A stretch of DNA of 64,000 nt. It comes from Sphingomicrobium sp. GTDB lineage: Bacteria; Pseudomonadota; Alphaproteobacteria; Sphingomonadales; Sphingomonadaceae. Where the stretch lies: contig DATFUB010000016.1 in assembly GCA_035261225.1 (NCBI GenBank), forward strand, positions 2,233 to 66,232, written 5' to 3'. Position 1 is the stretch's first letter. Every line of letters begins with the position of its first letter. The notes below the pieces were generated by a model. That model saw only the letters and a program-made list of their open reading frames with translations, made no database searches and was not told the origin of the DNA. The position numbers were made by a program, and so were the translations under genes. Below are positions 8,394 to 18,142 of this stretch, piece by piece.

Positions 8394-9695
8394 ATGACCA
8401 AGTCATTCCGCTTCGGCTCTGCAATCTCTCTCGTCGCGGTAGCGTCGATGATTGCGGGCTGCGCCGCTCCGCAACGCCATGCGAGCAGCGCTTCGAGCCT
8501 CGGCGGTAAGGCTGATGGGGAAGTCGGACTTGCGACCCGCGCGCTTGCAGCGTTGGCCGCAAATGATCCGACAACCGCGATCGATTATGCCGAGCGCGCG
8601 GTCGACAGGACTCCCAACGATGTCACGTTGCGAGCGTTGCTTGGCAACGCCTATTTCGTCGGCGGCCGTTTCGCCTCGGCCGAGGCCGCGTTCAAGGATG
8701 CGCTGTTGATCAACGCGAACCAGCCGCAGGTCATTCTGAAGCTCGCGCTGGTTGAAATCGCTCAGGGCAGGAACGCCGAAGCCCTTCAATTGCTCGACGC
8801 CAGCAGGGGCGTGCTCGATGCGGCCGATTACGGCCTCGCCCTGGCGCTCGCCGGGCGGGCGTCCGATGCGGTTGCGACGCTGGAAGTGGTCGCACGGGCC
8901 AATGGCGCCGACTCACGGGTTCGCCAAAATCTCGCGCTGGCCTATGCATTTTCCGGGGATTGGACGAGTGCCCGCACCGTTGCCGCACAGGACGTTCCCG
9001 CCGACCAGCTCGACAACCGCATTCACCAGTGGATGCAGCTGGCCAAGCCGGCGCACCCGTCGGACCAGGTCGCGGCGCTGATCGGAGTAACTCCGGCCGC
9101 CGCCGATCCGGGTCAGCCGACCCGGCTCGCGCTACGCCAGGACGGCACCCGTCAGGCCGAGGCCGTTCCAGCCCAGCAGCCGCAGGTCGCCGAGGCAACT
9201 CCGCCGCAAGCTCCGGCAGCGCCAGCTCCGATCGCGGACTTTGCACCACCTCCGCCGCCAGTGATGGCTCAAGCGGCTCCGCGAGCGCCGGCCCCGGCTG
9301 TCTTTGACGCCGGTTTTGTGGAACCGCCACCGGCACGCAAGGCAGTTGTGGCTCGCCGCGCTCCGGCGCCGATCGTGCACGCTGCGTTTCGCAACGTTCC
9401 CGTGCGCCGCGCCGGCAATTCGTCGGCGGTCGTCCAGCTTGGCGCGTTCGGCTCTGCCGAGCGGGTCGCTGCCGCCTGGAATGTCGCGGCTCACCGGTTC
9501 GGCTCGCTCAAGGGCTACACCCCGGTCAGCGCCCGCTTCACCAGCCCCAAGGGCACCGTCTACCGGTTGTCGGTCAAGGGCTTCAGCAGCGATCGCGAGG
9601 CTCGTCTGGTTTGCGGGGCAGTGCGCAACGCCGGTGGTACCTGCTTCGTCCGCGACGTCGCGGGCGACCGGCCGGTCCAGCTCGCTTCGCGCTAA
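8394..9695 (+). CDS. TPR-repeat lipoprotein with C-terminal SPOR domain
   Basis: Lipobox IAGC, TPRs (ALLGNAYFVGGRFASAEAAFKDAL, RQNLALAYAFSG), a Pro/Ala linker and a SPOR domain starting VVQLGAFGS. Confidence 0.9.
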   Translation: MTKSFRFGSAISLVAVASMIAGCAAPQRHASSASSLGGKADGEVGLATRALAALAANDPTTAIDYAERAVDRTPNDVTLRALLGNAYFVGGRFASAEAAFKDALLINANQPQVILKLALVEIAQGRNAEALQLLDASRGVLDAADYGLALALAGRASDAVATLEVVARANGADSRVRQNLALAYAFSGDWTSARTVAAQDVPADQLDNRIHQWMQLAKPAHPSDQVAALIGVTPAAADPGQPTRLALRQDGTRQAEAVPAQQPQVAEATPPQAPAAPAPIADFAPPPPPVMAQAAPRAPAPAVFDAGFVEPPPARKAVVARRAPAPIVHAAFRNVPVRRAGNSSAVVQLGAFGSAERVAAAWNVAAHRFGSLKGYTPVSARFTSPKGTVYRLSVKGFSSDREARLVCGAVRNAGGTCFVRDVAGDRPVQLASR

Positions 9696-10579
9696 GCCGG
9701 ACTGCCCACCAGCATCTCCAGGCAGGCCATTCGCACGGCCACGCCCATTTCAACCTGAAGCGTGATTAGCGAGCGCTGTGGATCGTCGGCGAGCGCGCTG
9801 TCGATTTCGACGCCGCGGTTCATCGGCCCCGGGTGCATCACGACGGCATCCGGCGATGCCTGGGCAAGGCGCTCTTCGGTCAGTCCGTAGCGTTCGAGAT
9901 ATTCGCCGGGCACGTCGCAATCATCCTCCAGCCGTTCGCGTTGGACGCGGAGCATCATCACCACATCAGTGCCCTCGATCGCTTCATCGATCGAAAGCGG
10001 CGGCGTTCCGTCGGGCATCAGCCTCGGCGGGCCGGCGAGGCTGACTTCGGCTCCCAGCCGCGGCAGCAACTTCGCATTGGACCGGGCGACGCGGCTGTGA
10101 CGAATGTCGCCGCAAATCGCGATCTTGAGCCCTTCGATCCGGCCGAAATGGCGGCGGATCGTCGCCGCGTCGAGCAAGGCCTGGGTCGGATGCTCGTTGG
10201 TGCCGTCTCCGGCGTTGATCACCGGGCAGTCCATGATCAGCGCCACGGCCGCCGGAGCGCCGTTCTCGCGATGACGGACGACAAGGCAATCGGGCCGCAT
10301 CGCGTTGAGTGTCCGTGCCGTATCCTCGAACGTCTCGCCCTTCTTGATCGACGATTGCTCGACCGGCAGGAAGACGGGCGCTGCCCCCAGCCTGTGCGCC
10401 GCGGCCGCGAAGGACATCGCCGTGCGGGTCGAATTTTCGTAAAACAGGTTGAACACCAGCTTCCCGGTCAACCGGTCGCTTGGACGCCCTGCGCGATTTT
10501 CGCCAAACCAATGATCCGCGCGATCGAGGATCGTCGCGATCTGGTCGTCGCCTAGCGAATCGATGGAAAGCAGGTCCAC
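9692..10579 (-). CDS. pyrB: Aspartate carbamoyltransferase catalytic subunit
   Basis: FYENSTRT, HPTQALLD, GDIRHSRVARSN, RVQRER and HPGPMNRGVEI motifs. Confidence 0.97.
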   Translation of the reverse strand: MDLLSIDSLGDDQIATILDRADHWFGENRAGRPSDRLTGKLVFNLFYENSTRTAMSFAAAAHRLGAAPVFLPVEQSSIKKGETFEDTARTLNAMRPDCLVVRHRENGAPAAVALIMDCPVINAGDGTNEHPTQALLDAATIRRHFGRIEGLKIAICGDIRHSRVARSNAKLLPRLGAEVSLAGPPRLMPDGTPPLSIDEAIEGTDVVMMLRVQRERLEDDCDVPGEYLERYGLTEERLAQASPDAVVMHPGPMNRGVEIDSALADDPQRSLITLQVEMGVAVRMACLEMLVGSPA

Positions 10580-10590
10580 GAGCGCCGGGC

Positions 10591-11073
10591 TTATTGCGGC
10601 GCTGAAAGATTGGCCAGCGCGTCGATCGCGCCTTGCAGGATGTGCGCGGCGGCGAGGGCGTCGACTTTCTCGGCGCGTTTAGCCCGGCTGACGTCGGCGT
10701 CGATCATCGCCCGCTCGACCGCCTGGGTCGACCAGCGCTCATCCCACAGCAAGATCGGCAGACCGAGCGGCGCGAGATTTTTCGCGAAGGCGCGAACCGA
10801 CTGGGTGCGCGGACTGTCGGTGCCGTCCATGTTGAGCGGGAGCCCGACGACCAACCCGATGACATGCTCGCGGCCGACGAAATCGGTCAGCACCGCGAGA
10901 TCCTTGGTGAATTTGGCCCGACGCAAGGTCTCGCATGGCCCGGCGAAATGCCAGCCGGCATCGCAGATCGCGAGGCCGATGGTCTTTGTTCCTACGTCGA
11001 GCCCAGCGAGCTTGCCGCCGCTCGACAACGCTGCCGCGAATTCGGCTGGGGCGCCTGTAATCAGCGCCGCCAC
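10591..11073 (-). CDS. ruvX: YqgF/RuvX family nuclease
   Basis: [24 protein letters not shown] and DALAA motifs. GTG 11073 follows a GGAG RBS. Confidence 0.93.
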   Translation of the reverse strand: MAALITGAPAEFAAALSSGGKLAGLDVGTKTIGLAICDAGWHFAGPCETLRRAKFTKDLAVLTDFVGREHVIGLVVGLPLNMDGTDSPRTQSVRAFAKNLAPLGLPILLWDERWSTQAVERAMIDADVSRAKRAEKVDALAAAHILQGAIDALANLSAPQ

Positions 11074-12161
11074 GCTCCAAGCCTCCGTGTCGCGTCGCGC
11101 CGGATCGCGCCCCAGAACAGCGCATAATCGTAGACGTGATAATTGTTGCCCGGCAGCACATAGGGCCCGAGCGGCGGGACCTCGCCGTCGACGATCAGTA
11201 GGCCCTTGTCGCAACGTGCCCCGACCTTGCCCGGCTCGAGCGCCGCCGACGTGAAGCTCTGCGAGGGAACCAGCGTTCCGGGATTGGCGCTCGGCGGGGC
11301 GGAACTGCCCACGGTGCCGGACAGGAGATTGACGCACAGCACATCCTCGCGCCGCCGCGCGCCGCCGTTCGCGCCCTTGGTCTTGCTCCATTCGCCGAGA
11401 ATCAGGTCGGAGTTGGCGGGTTCGGCAAAGCTCATCCACGACAGGATGCAGCCGGTCTGGTCGGGCGACGTGCAAGCCGGGAAGCCGAGAGCCGGGAGGT
11501 CGGCCGAGGTGCTGACCGGCCAGCCGGCGACATAAGCGGCGATCAACCGGCCCTTGAGCCGGTCCTTCCGTTCGGCGAGCAACCGCGTGAGGTGCAGCGC
11601 CCCCTGGCTATGCGCGGCGAGGATGATCGGCTTGTCGCCGGCTTCCGCGAGGAAGCGATCGAAGGCGGCGGACACGTCGCCAAAGGCGAGCTCGAGCGCT
11701 TTTTGCGCGTCAACACTCTTGAGCAGGAAAGCGCCATAGGCCGCCTGGCGGTATCGCGGCGCCCAGACCTGCCCGGCCGAGTTGAACACGCTCGCCTGGC
11801 TCTGGACGAACAAGCGCGTGCGAAATTCCGTGTCGCCTGCGGGATGCAGTGGCGCGTTCCACCGGTCGGTGGCGAGGTAGGTCGTCGGATGAATGTAGAA
11901 GACCGCCGCCCGCGCGGCAGTCGCGGGCTGGACGTTGTCGGGGAGCCAGCGCGACGGATCGTTCGCCAGGTCCGGCCGCGACAGCCAGCTCGCAGGTTCT
12001 GAGTAATCGGGTCCGCCGCCCGCACTCGCCGCCGCAAAATGGCCTTTGGGCGTTGCCTGCCGGAGCAGGATATTCCCGCCCCAAGTGTAAATGAAGAATC
12101 CCGCGGCCACGGCGAGCAGCGTTAGCACGAACACCGCCATTAGGAATCGCCGAGCGCACAT
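11061..12161 (-). CDS. DUF3089-like alpha/beta hydrolase with N-terminal membrane anchor
   Basis: [26 protein letters not shown] nucleophile elbow and [14 protein letters not shown] 12161. Confidence 0.85.
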   Translation of the reverse strand: MCARRFLMAVFVLTLLAVAAGFFIYTWGGNILLRQATPKGHFAAASAGGGPDYSEPASWLSRPDLANDPSRWLPDNVQPATAARAAVFYIHPTTYLATDRWNAPLHPAGDTEFRTRLFVQSQASVFNSAGQVWAPRYRQAAYGAFLLKSVDAQKALELAFGDVSAAFDRFLAEAGDKPIILAAHSQGALHLTRLLAERKDRLKGRLIAAYVAGWPVSTSADLPALGFPACTSPDQTGCILSWMSFAEPANSDLILGEWSKTKGANGGARRREDVLCVNLLSGTVGSSAPPSANPGTLVPSQSFTSAALEPGKVGARCDKGLLIVDGEVPPLGPYVLPGNNYHVYDYALFWGAIRRDATRRLGAWRR

Positions 12162-12247
12162 AGGCCGCGGCCCTATTTGGCAGAGTGGCGGCGGGCAAGC
12201 GATCCCGAGGGGTCGGCGAGCTTGGCGAAGAACAGCTCGCACGCCGC

Positions 12248-14878
12248 CTAAAATACTTTCCTCAGCTCCAGCTCGACCGTGCGGCCGATCGGGTCGCGGT
12301 AGTCGGGCTGGTATTGGAGTGGGGTGTTGCCGGCGCTGGCGCGGACGCTCTGGCGGTCGTTGGTGGCGTTGAGGACGTTGAGCGACAGGCGCAGGCCATG
12401 GGTCCAGCTGTTGCGGCCGAACAGGCGCGCGCCGTCGACGAAGCCGCGGAAGTTGACGGCCAGCAGCGGCGAGAAATGGAGGGTGTCGGTGAGGCCGCCG
12501 ATGCGGCTTTCGAGCGTGCTCGGTCCGCGCCAGGTGACGCCGAGGCGAGCGCCGAGGCCGCCCGAGGTAAGCCCCGCGGTGCCGTCGAGCTGGTGGCGGA
12601 CGCGGCCGCCGGCGATGCCGATCGCGCCGCCCTCGAGCAGGTCGACCGAATTGAGGCCGGGGCGGATGCGGATCTCGTCGAGGAAGACGAGGGTATGGTT
12701 GACGCTGAGCTGGAGCCGGGTCGGGGGGCCGGAGCGGGTCGGGCGGGGCGGTGGCGCTGGCTCGCGCTCGGCCTCGGCATCGGCGGACTCTTCGGTCGAT
12801 GGCGCGCTTACGCGGATCGGCGCGCGGCGCGGGCCCCCAATGGTAGTGCTGAGGCTGAGGCCGTAGCGCAGCCTCTTCTCGCGGTGGGAATCGAAGTTGA
12901 CGGGCCTCAAGTCGACGGTGGTGAGGACGCCGTTCACGTCGCGAACGAAGCGCTCGGGGAAGGCGAGCGTCACCGCGGCGCTCGCCTCGGGCAGCGACGA
13001 GACAAAATTACGGGCATCGGTGTCGGTATATTCGGCGTTGAGCTGAAGATTGAGCCGTGGCACCAGCCGCAATAAACCCGCGACACGGCGAGTCTTTGTC
13101 TTCTCCGGAAGCAGCGTTGGGTTGCCGCCTGTTATCTGGACAACGTCGACCGTGTCCCCGGTCAGCGGATCGAACATGCGCACTTGCGGCGAGACGATCA
13201 CCGGGTTGCCAAGCGTTTGGATCGAGGCCGGCCGTTCGGTTTCCTCGATGTCGCCATGAAGGCGCAGCAACGGCTGCGGTTCCCACGTCAGGCCGAGCGC
13301 ATGGTGATTGAGCGTGCCGGCGTCGGAATAATGGATCCGGCTATATTCCACGTTCGCGCCGAGGTTGCCGACTTGGGACAGGAAATTGTTGTCGCGGCTG
13401 GTTAGCGGAACATCGGCCGCGATGCGGATCGCCTGCTCTGAGCGGTGGAATTTCGAATCGCCGCCGAGCACGGAAAAGCTGCTGCGCGAGTGCAGGCGAG
13501 TGTCGGCGATTCGGCCTTCGACAACCGCCTGGAGATCGCCCGCGGGGAGCTTCGCGGCGGGGCCGGTGAACGATAGTTGGGCAAGATTGCCGATCGACCG
13601 CGCCGTCGCCCGATCGGTGTGGACGCCGATAAGGTCGGACAGGCTCGCTCCGAACGGGTCGATGCTGTCGTCGAGCGGGATCGCGCCGAACAGATTTTGG
13701 CGCTCGCTGCGGGTTTCGTCCCTCGAATCGGAGTGGCGCGCGTTGAAGTTGGAGATCCACTTTCCGAAGGTCCCATTGAGAGTCAGGTTCGCTTCGCCGC
13801 CGTCGCGCTGCGATCGGCTGTGGAGCGGCTGGCCGCCGTAGAACGCAAGCCCGACATCGGTCGAAAAAGGCGAGGACGGGTTGGTCGGAGCGAGGGTGAA
13901 CAGCGCCGTCGGCAGACCGCGCTGCGAGCGGCTGAGGCTGCGGCTGAGGCGGATCGTCGCGGTCGACGTCAGCCACGGCGCGAGTCGCGTGCCGAAGGTT
14001 CCGTTGAGATCGTAGTTGCGGGTTTTGGGCCGCAGCGTGCGGAAATCGCCGAGGTCGGTGACCGCCGCCTGATTCGCGTTCGGGACGAAATCGGCGAGGG
14101 TGGGATTGGCAGCTGCGGGAACCGGCGTCACGGTGACCATGTGACCGGCTGCGGCGCTCAGCAGTGGATCGATCTCGGCAAGCAAGTTGGCGGGATAGGC
14201 GATGACGTTTCCGCCGATCGCGTAGGGCAGGCTCGGCTCGGGCTGGACGATGTGGCGGTCGCTTTCGAACAGCGAGGTCTCGTCGCGAACGCGCAAGGTG
14301 AGATTGGCCCGGGTCGAACCGCGGACATCGGTCAGGATCGCCTCGCCTCGGCTGCCGTGCCAGTCGCCGTCGGTTGAGATCTTGCGCGCCGCCGTCAGAG
14401 TCGCCGCGCGCGTCCGCTTGTTGAGGGTCAGGCTGATGACGCGCTGGCCCGGCGTTCCGCCGGCGCGCACGGCCGAACCGCGCGGGAGGACCACGAGATT
14501 GCGCAAAGCTTCGACCGGCAGGCCGCCGATCTCGTCGAGACTGCCGACGCGCTGGCCGTTGATGAGGATCAGCGGCTCGTCGGAATCGTCGCCGAGGTCG
14601 ACCGCGACCTCGCCGAGCAGCTCGTCGATCGTGCTGGCGCCGTAGCTCGCGATGCCGTTTTCATCGAGCTCGCGCTCTGGCCGGATATCGCGGAACAATG
14701 GCGGCGCGGTGACGATGATCGCCTGGTCACTTGGATCGGTCGATGTTTGCGCCGCGTCCGCGGTCGACAGCGCATTGGCCGGAGCAGAAAGAGCGACGCC
14801 GGTGAGCAGCAGCGCAACACCGCTAAGACCCCGGCAGAAATGCGACGACCGGCCAATCCCGGATTCAAGAACGAACAA
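12248..14878 (-). CDS. TonB-dependent-receptor-like outer-membrane beta-barrel protein
   Basis: Signal peptide, IIVTA TonB-box-like segment, plug-like region, amphipathic beta strands and C-terminal D(P)IGRTVELELRKVF. Confidence 0.8.
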   Translation of the reverse strand: MFVLESGIGRSSHFCRGLSGVALLLTGVALSAPANALSTADAAQTSTDPSDQAIIVTAPPLFRDIRPERELDENGIASYGASTIDELLGEVAVDLGDDSDEPLILINGQRVGSLDEIGGLPVEALRNLVVLPRGSAVRAGGTPGQRVISLTLNKRTRAATLTAARKISTDGDWHGSRGEAILTDVRGSTRANLTLRVRDETSLFESDRHIVQPEPSLPYAIGGNVIAYPANLLAEIDPLLSAAAGHMVTVTPVPAAANPTLADFVPNANQAAVTDLGDFRTLRPKTRNYDLNGTFGTRLAPWLTSTATIRLSRSLSRSQRGLPTALFTLAPTNPSSPFSTDVGLAFYGGQPLHSRSQRDGGEANLTLNGTFGKWISNFNARHSDSRDETRSERQNLFGAIPLDDSIDPFGASLSDLIGVHTDRATARSIGNLAQLSFTGPAAKLPAGDLQAVVEGRIADTRLHSRSSFSVLGGDSKFHRSEQAIRIAADVPLTSRDNNFLSQVGNLGANVEYSRIHYSDAGTLNHHALGLTWEPQPLLRLHGDIEETERPASIQTLGNPVIVSPQVRMFDPLTGDTVDVVQITGGNPTLLPEKTKTRRVAGLLRLVPRLNLQLNAEYTDTDARNFVSSLPEASAAVTLAFPERFVRDVNGVLTTVDLRPVNFDSHREKRLRYGLSLSTTIGGPRRAPIRVSAPSTEESADAEAEREPAPPPRPTRSGPPTRLQLSVNHTLVFLDEIRIRPGLNSVDLLEGGAIGIAGGRVRHQLDGTAGLTSGGLGARLGVTWRGPSTLESRIGGLTDTLHFSPLLAVNFRGFVDGARLFGRNSWTHGLRLSLNVLNATNDRQSVRASAGNTPLQYQPDYRDPIGRTVELELRKVF

Positions 14879-15008
14879 CTTTCAACGCCTCCCCGCAAGA
14901 CGCGCCATAGCATAGAGGCAAAGGAAGAGATCCCAGGCGCTGGTTCGAACCACGGCCCGACGCCGCTTTGCGGCCCAGCGTCGCAACACCTTCTGTCGCA
15001 GCGATGAG

Positions 15009-15044
15009 GTTCCCTGCCCGAACCAGAGAGGTTGGGCAGGGAAC
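15009..15044 (-). terminator. Strong hairpin, probable terminator of the 15060-15773 gene
   Basis: gttccctgcccgaacc-agaga-ggttgggcagggaac inverted repeat just past the stop codon. No clear U-tract. Confidence 0.55.
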
Positions 15045-15059
15045 TTTCATGCGCGAAGA

Positions 15060-15773
15060 TCAAATATTCGGCGCGTTGTCGCTCGGAACCGTTCCGCCGG
15101 CCGAGATGCTCGCTGCCGGACAGTCGCTGGCGAGGAAGCCGTTCTTGCCAGTCCATGTGCCCGGCTTGGCCTTGGTCACATTGTTCGGCGAGATGCAGAT
15201 GAGCGCATGCACAGTTTCACCCTCAATGACGAAGTCGTCATCGGTGATCACTTCCTGGTTCGGGCCAGCCACCTGCTGCGACTCAACGCTCTGGTTGCCG
15301 GTCGACTGCAGCCCTTCGGGCTCGATCGTTCCCGCCGGATTGGTCTTTTGCACGACGCAATCGAATATCGTGGTTCGGGTCTGATTGAGCAGGGTCTCGA
15401 AGAGTTGCCCAGTCTGCGGGAATGTCTCGGTTGCGGTCGCGAGAGCCCACACATTAGGGCTGCCGCCGTTGCGGAAATAGCTGTTGCCGAGGAACACATT
15501 CGAGAAGGTCGGCGTGCCGACTCCGTAAGGATCGCCTACCGGATCGCCAAGCTCGGAGCTGACCGTGACCCAATCGCTCGGGCTCGCATTGGCCGCGAAT
15601 GTAGTGAATTGCGAGGTCGGATCGTTCGGCTTCAACAGAGCCTCGCAGACCTCATCGGGACTCAGGCCGGTTGTATCCACAACGGGCGGAAGCGCCCATG
15701 CTGCGGGCGTTGCAAGCGGCGTGAAGCCGGAAATCAAAACGGCCGTTGCCGCCAAAAGGGCTCTCTTCTTCAT
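15060..15773 (-). CDS. Secreted protein of unknown function, 237 aa, four Cys, Thr/Ser/Asn/Gly-rich
   Basis: Start MKKRALLAATAVLISG after a GGAAGG RBS, a Sec-type signal peptide and a downstream hairpin. Confidence 0.8.
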   Translation of the reverse strand: MKKRALLAATAVLISGFTPLATPAAWALPPVVDTTGLSPDEVCEALLKPNDPTSQFTTFAANASPSDWVTVSSELGDPVGDPYGVGTPTFSNVFLGNSYFRNGGSPNVWALATATETFPQTGQLFETLLNQTRTTIFDCVVQKTNPAGTIEPEGLQSTGNQSVESQQVAGPNQEVITDDDFVIEGETVHALICISPNNVTKAKPGTWTGKNGFLASDCPAASISAGGTVPSDNAPNI

Positions 15774-15820
15774 AGTGAATGCCTTCCTCCGGATGGTGGT
15801 TGCCCACCAAGTTATCTCGC

Positions 15821-15848
15821 GACTCATTCGTGCTAACTTTGCATTAAC
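15821..15848. promoter_or_regulatory. GANTC site plus near-consensus CtrA box upstream of the secreted-protein gene
   Basis: GACTC at 15821-15825 and CTAA-CTTTGCA-TTAAC at 15833-15848. Confidence 0.55.
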
Positions 15849-16017
15849 TTCAAATCGGATAACGTGAAAGGTGCACAAATTGTGAGCAGTTTACGGCTGT
15901 TCCAATGTGGGATTCTGGCCTTTCACGGCACGTCGAGTCGCGGCGACGCTCACCCCGAGTTGCCGCGGCTCTGGACACGGCTTGCCGCCCTTCGGCCCCG
16001 CCGCTATCCGCGCCTCC

Positions 16018-16305
16018 ATGTCCGTTTCCCATGACCAGGCCCGGCACATCGCCAAGCTCGCCCGGATCGCGATGAGCGATGACGAGCTCGCGCGTCTCGT
16101 ACCCGAATTGAATGCGATCATCGGCTGGGTCGAGCAGCTCGCTGAAGTCAACACCGACGGGGTCGAGCCGCTGACTGCGGTGATTGAGCAGAAGCTCAGG
16201 CTGCGTGACGATAAGGTGACCGACGGTAATATCCGCGAGGATGTGCTCGCCAACGCGCCCGAGGCCCAGCATGGCTTCTTCGCGGTGCCCAAGGTGATCG
16301 AGTGA
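16018..16305 (+). CDS. gatC: Asp/Glu-tRNA amidotransferase subunit C
   Basis: [25 protein letters not shown] and FFAVPKVIE motifs. ATG 16018. Confidence 0.96.
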   Translation: MSVSHDQARHIAKLARIAMSDDELARLVPELNAIIGWVEQLAEVNTDGVEPLTAVIEQKLRLRDDKVTDGNIREDVLANAPEAQHGFFAVPKVIE

Positions 16306-17768
16306 GCGAGCTGACATCCAAGACGATTGCCGAGCTGCGCGACGGATTTCGTGGCGGTGAATTCTCTGCGCGCGAGATCGCCGAGGCGTATAACGCGGCG
16401 GTTGCGGCGGCGAAGCTGCTCAACGCTTATACGGTCGAAACCCCGGACGACGCGCTCGCCGCGGCCGAGGTAGCCGACAAGGCGCGCGGGTCGGGCGGTT
16501 CGCTCGCCGGCATTCCGCTCGGCATCAAGGATCTGTTCGCGACCAAGGGCGTCGACACCACCGCCGGCAGTCACATCCTTAAGGGTTTCAAGCCGCCCTA
16601 TGAATCGACGGTCACCGCGAACCTGCGCAAGGCGGGTGCGGGGATGCTCGGCAAATTGAACATGGACGAGTTCGCGATGGGCTCGTCGAACGAGACCAGC
16701 ACTTACGGTCCGGTGATTTCGCCATGGCGACGCAAGGGGAGCAATGTTGGGCTAACCCCGGGCGGTTCGTCGGGCGGGTCGGCGGCGGCGGTATCCGCAC
16801 TCATCGCGCCCGGTGCGACTGGGACCGATACCGGCGGCTCGATCCGCCAGCCTGCCGCCTTCGCCGGCATCTGCGGGATCAAGCCGACCTATGGCCGCTG
16901 CTCGCGCTGGGGCGTCGTGGCATTCGCCAGCTCGCTCGACCAGGCCGGGCCGATGGCGCGGAGCGTGCGCGACTGCGCGATCCTGCTCGAAGCGATGGGT
17001 GGGTTCGATCCCAAGGATTCGACGTCGCTCGACCTGTCCGTCCCGCAGTGGGAAGCCAATCTTTCCAGCGACCTTAAGGGTAAGCGCGTTGGTATTCCGA
17101 AGGAATATCGGATCGATAGTGTGCCGGCAGAAATCAACGCCTTGTGGGACCAGGGGATCGAATGGCTCAAGGACGCCGGCGCGACCCCGGTCGAGATCAG
17201 CCTGCCGCATACCAAATATGCGCTGCCGACCTATTACATCATTGCCCCAGCCGAGGCCTCGTCCAACCTTGCGCGCTATGACGGCGTGCGATACGGCCTC
17301 CGCGAAGAGGGGGTGAAGACCCTCGACGACATGTACGCGGCGACTCGGGCCGCGGGCTTCGGCGCGGAAGTGAAGCGCCGGATCATGATCGGCACCTATG
17401 TGCTTTCGGCCGGTTTCTACGATGCCTATTTCACCAAGGCGCAGAAGGTGCGTGCACTGATCAAGCAGGATTTCGCCAAGGCGTTCGAGGCTTGCGACGT
17501 GATCCTGACCCCGACCGCGCCGTCGGCCGCGTTCGGGATCGGCGAGACGACCGACCCGCTGGCGATGTATTTGAACGATGTGTTCGCGGTTCCGGCGAGC
17601 TTGGCGGGACTGCCGGCGATGAGCGTTCCGGGCGGCCTCGACGCGCAGGGCTTGCCGCTCGGTCTTCACCTCATCGGCAACGAACTCGACGAGCAGATTG
17701 TGCTGAATACCGGCCTCGCGATCGAGGAACGCGCCGGGTTTACGGCGCGACCGGAGAAGTGGTGGTGA
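16302..17768 (+). CDS. gatA: Asp/Glu-tRNA amidotransferase subunit A
   Basis: Amidase signature GIKDLF, GGSSGGS and [10 protein letters not shown], plus [11 protein letters not shown] and KRRIMIGTY. Confidence 0.98.
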   Translation: MSELTSKTIAELRDGFRGGEFSAREIAEAYNAAVAAAKLLNAYTVETPDDALAAAEVADKARGSGGSLAGIPLGIKDLFATKGVDTTAGSHILKGFKPPYESTVTANLRKAGAGMLGKLNMDEFAMGSSNETSTYGPVISPWRRKGSNVGLTPGGSSGGSAAAVSALIAPGATGTDTGGSIRQPAAFAGICGIKPTYGRCSRWGVVAFASSLDQAGPMARSVRDCAILLEAMGGFDPKDSTSLDLSVPQWEANLSSDLKGKRVGIPKEYRIDSVPAEINALWDQGIEWLKDAGATPVEISLPHTKYALPTYYIIAPAEASSNLARYDGVRYGLREEGVKTLDDMYAATRAAGFGAEVKRRIMIGTYVLSAGFYDAYFTKAQKVRALIKQDFAKAFEACDVILTPTAPSAAFGIGETTDPLAMYLNDVFAVPASLAGLPAMSVPGGLDAQGLPLGLHLIGNELDEQIVLNTGLAIEERAGFTARPEKWW

Positions 17769-18142
17769 GGGCGTTCACATCTGATGTCGTCGATCTCTTG
17801 AATGATCGTTCTGCAGACGATGAGATTTCGAGCGTCGGCTTGGGGAAGTACAACCTATCTGTCGCATTCGATGGAAAGCTCCCGACTATCCGCGCGGAAT
17901 CGAAGGCGGCGTTCCGTATTTCTGGAGCCGAATTCGATTGGAGCGGCGAGCCGATAGCGGCGCCGGTCTGGAAACTTGTCGGCCAACGGGTCGACAAGTT
18001 TGAGTCCAAATCAGATCTTGTCTTACGATTGCACCTGAAATCCGGAGATTATCTCGATTTTCACACCGATGAAGGGCCATATGAGGCCGTCATTATGGAC
18101 TTCGGGAGGCGGGATAACGCCTTGGTTATGGAAATTTTCTAA
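17765..18142 (+). CDS. Hypothetical protein, 125 aa, inserted between gatA and gatB
   Basis: GTG overlaps the gatA stop (GTGA) and TAA overlaps the gatB ATG (TAATG). The segment is visibly more AT-rich than its flanks. Confidence 0.8.
   Translation: MRAFTSDVVDLLNDRSADDEISSVGLGKYNLSVAFDGKLPTIRAESKAAFRISGAEFDWSGEPIAAPVWKLVGQRVDKFESKSDLVLRLHLKSGDYLDFHTDEGPYEAVIMDFGRRDNALVMEIF

Noticed and set aside
14879-15008. Riboswitch upstream of the first TonB-dependent-receptor-like gene
   Set aside because: Only short GC hairpins are present, and I recognise no cobalamin, TPP or other conserved aptamer core. An Rfam scan would be needed to exclude one.
15907-16017. N-terminal extensions in the ORF track (gatC here; similarly mutL, miaA, serB, ruvX, tig, recA, clpP, cheA, the J-domain gene and pspC)
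   Set aside because: Homology and RBS positions begin at downstream starts. The extensions run through promoters, neighbouring genes or RNA genes.
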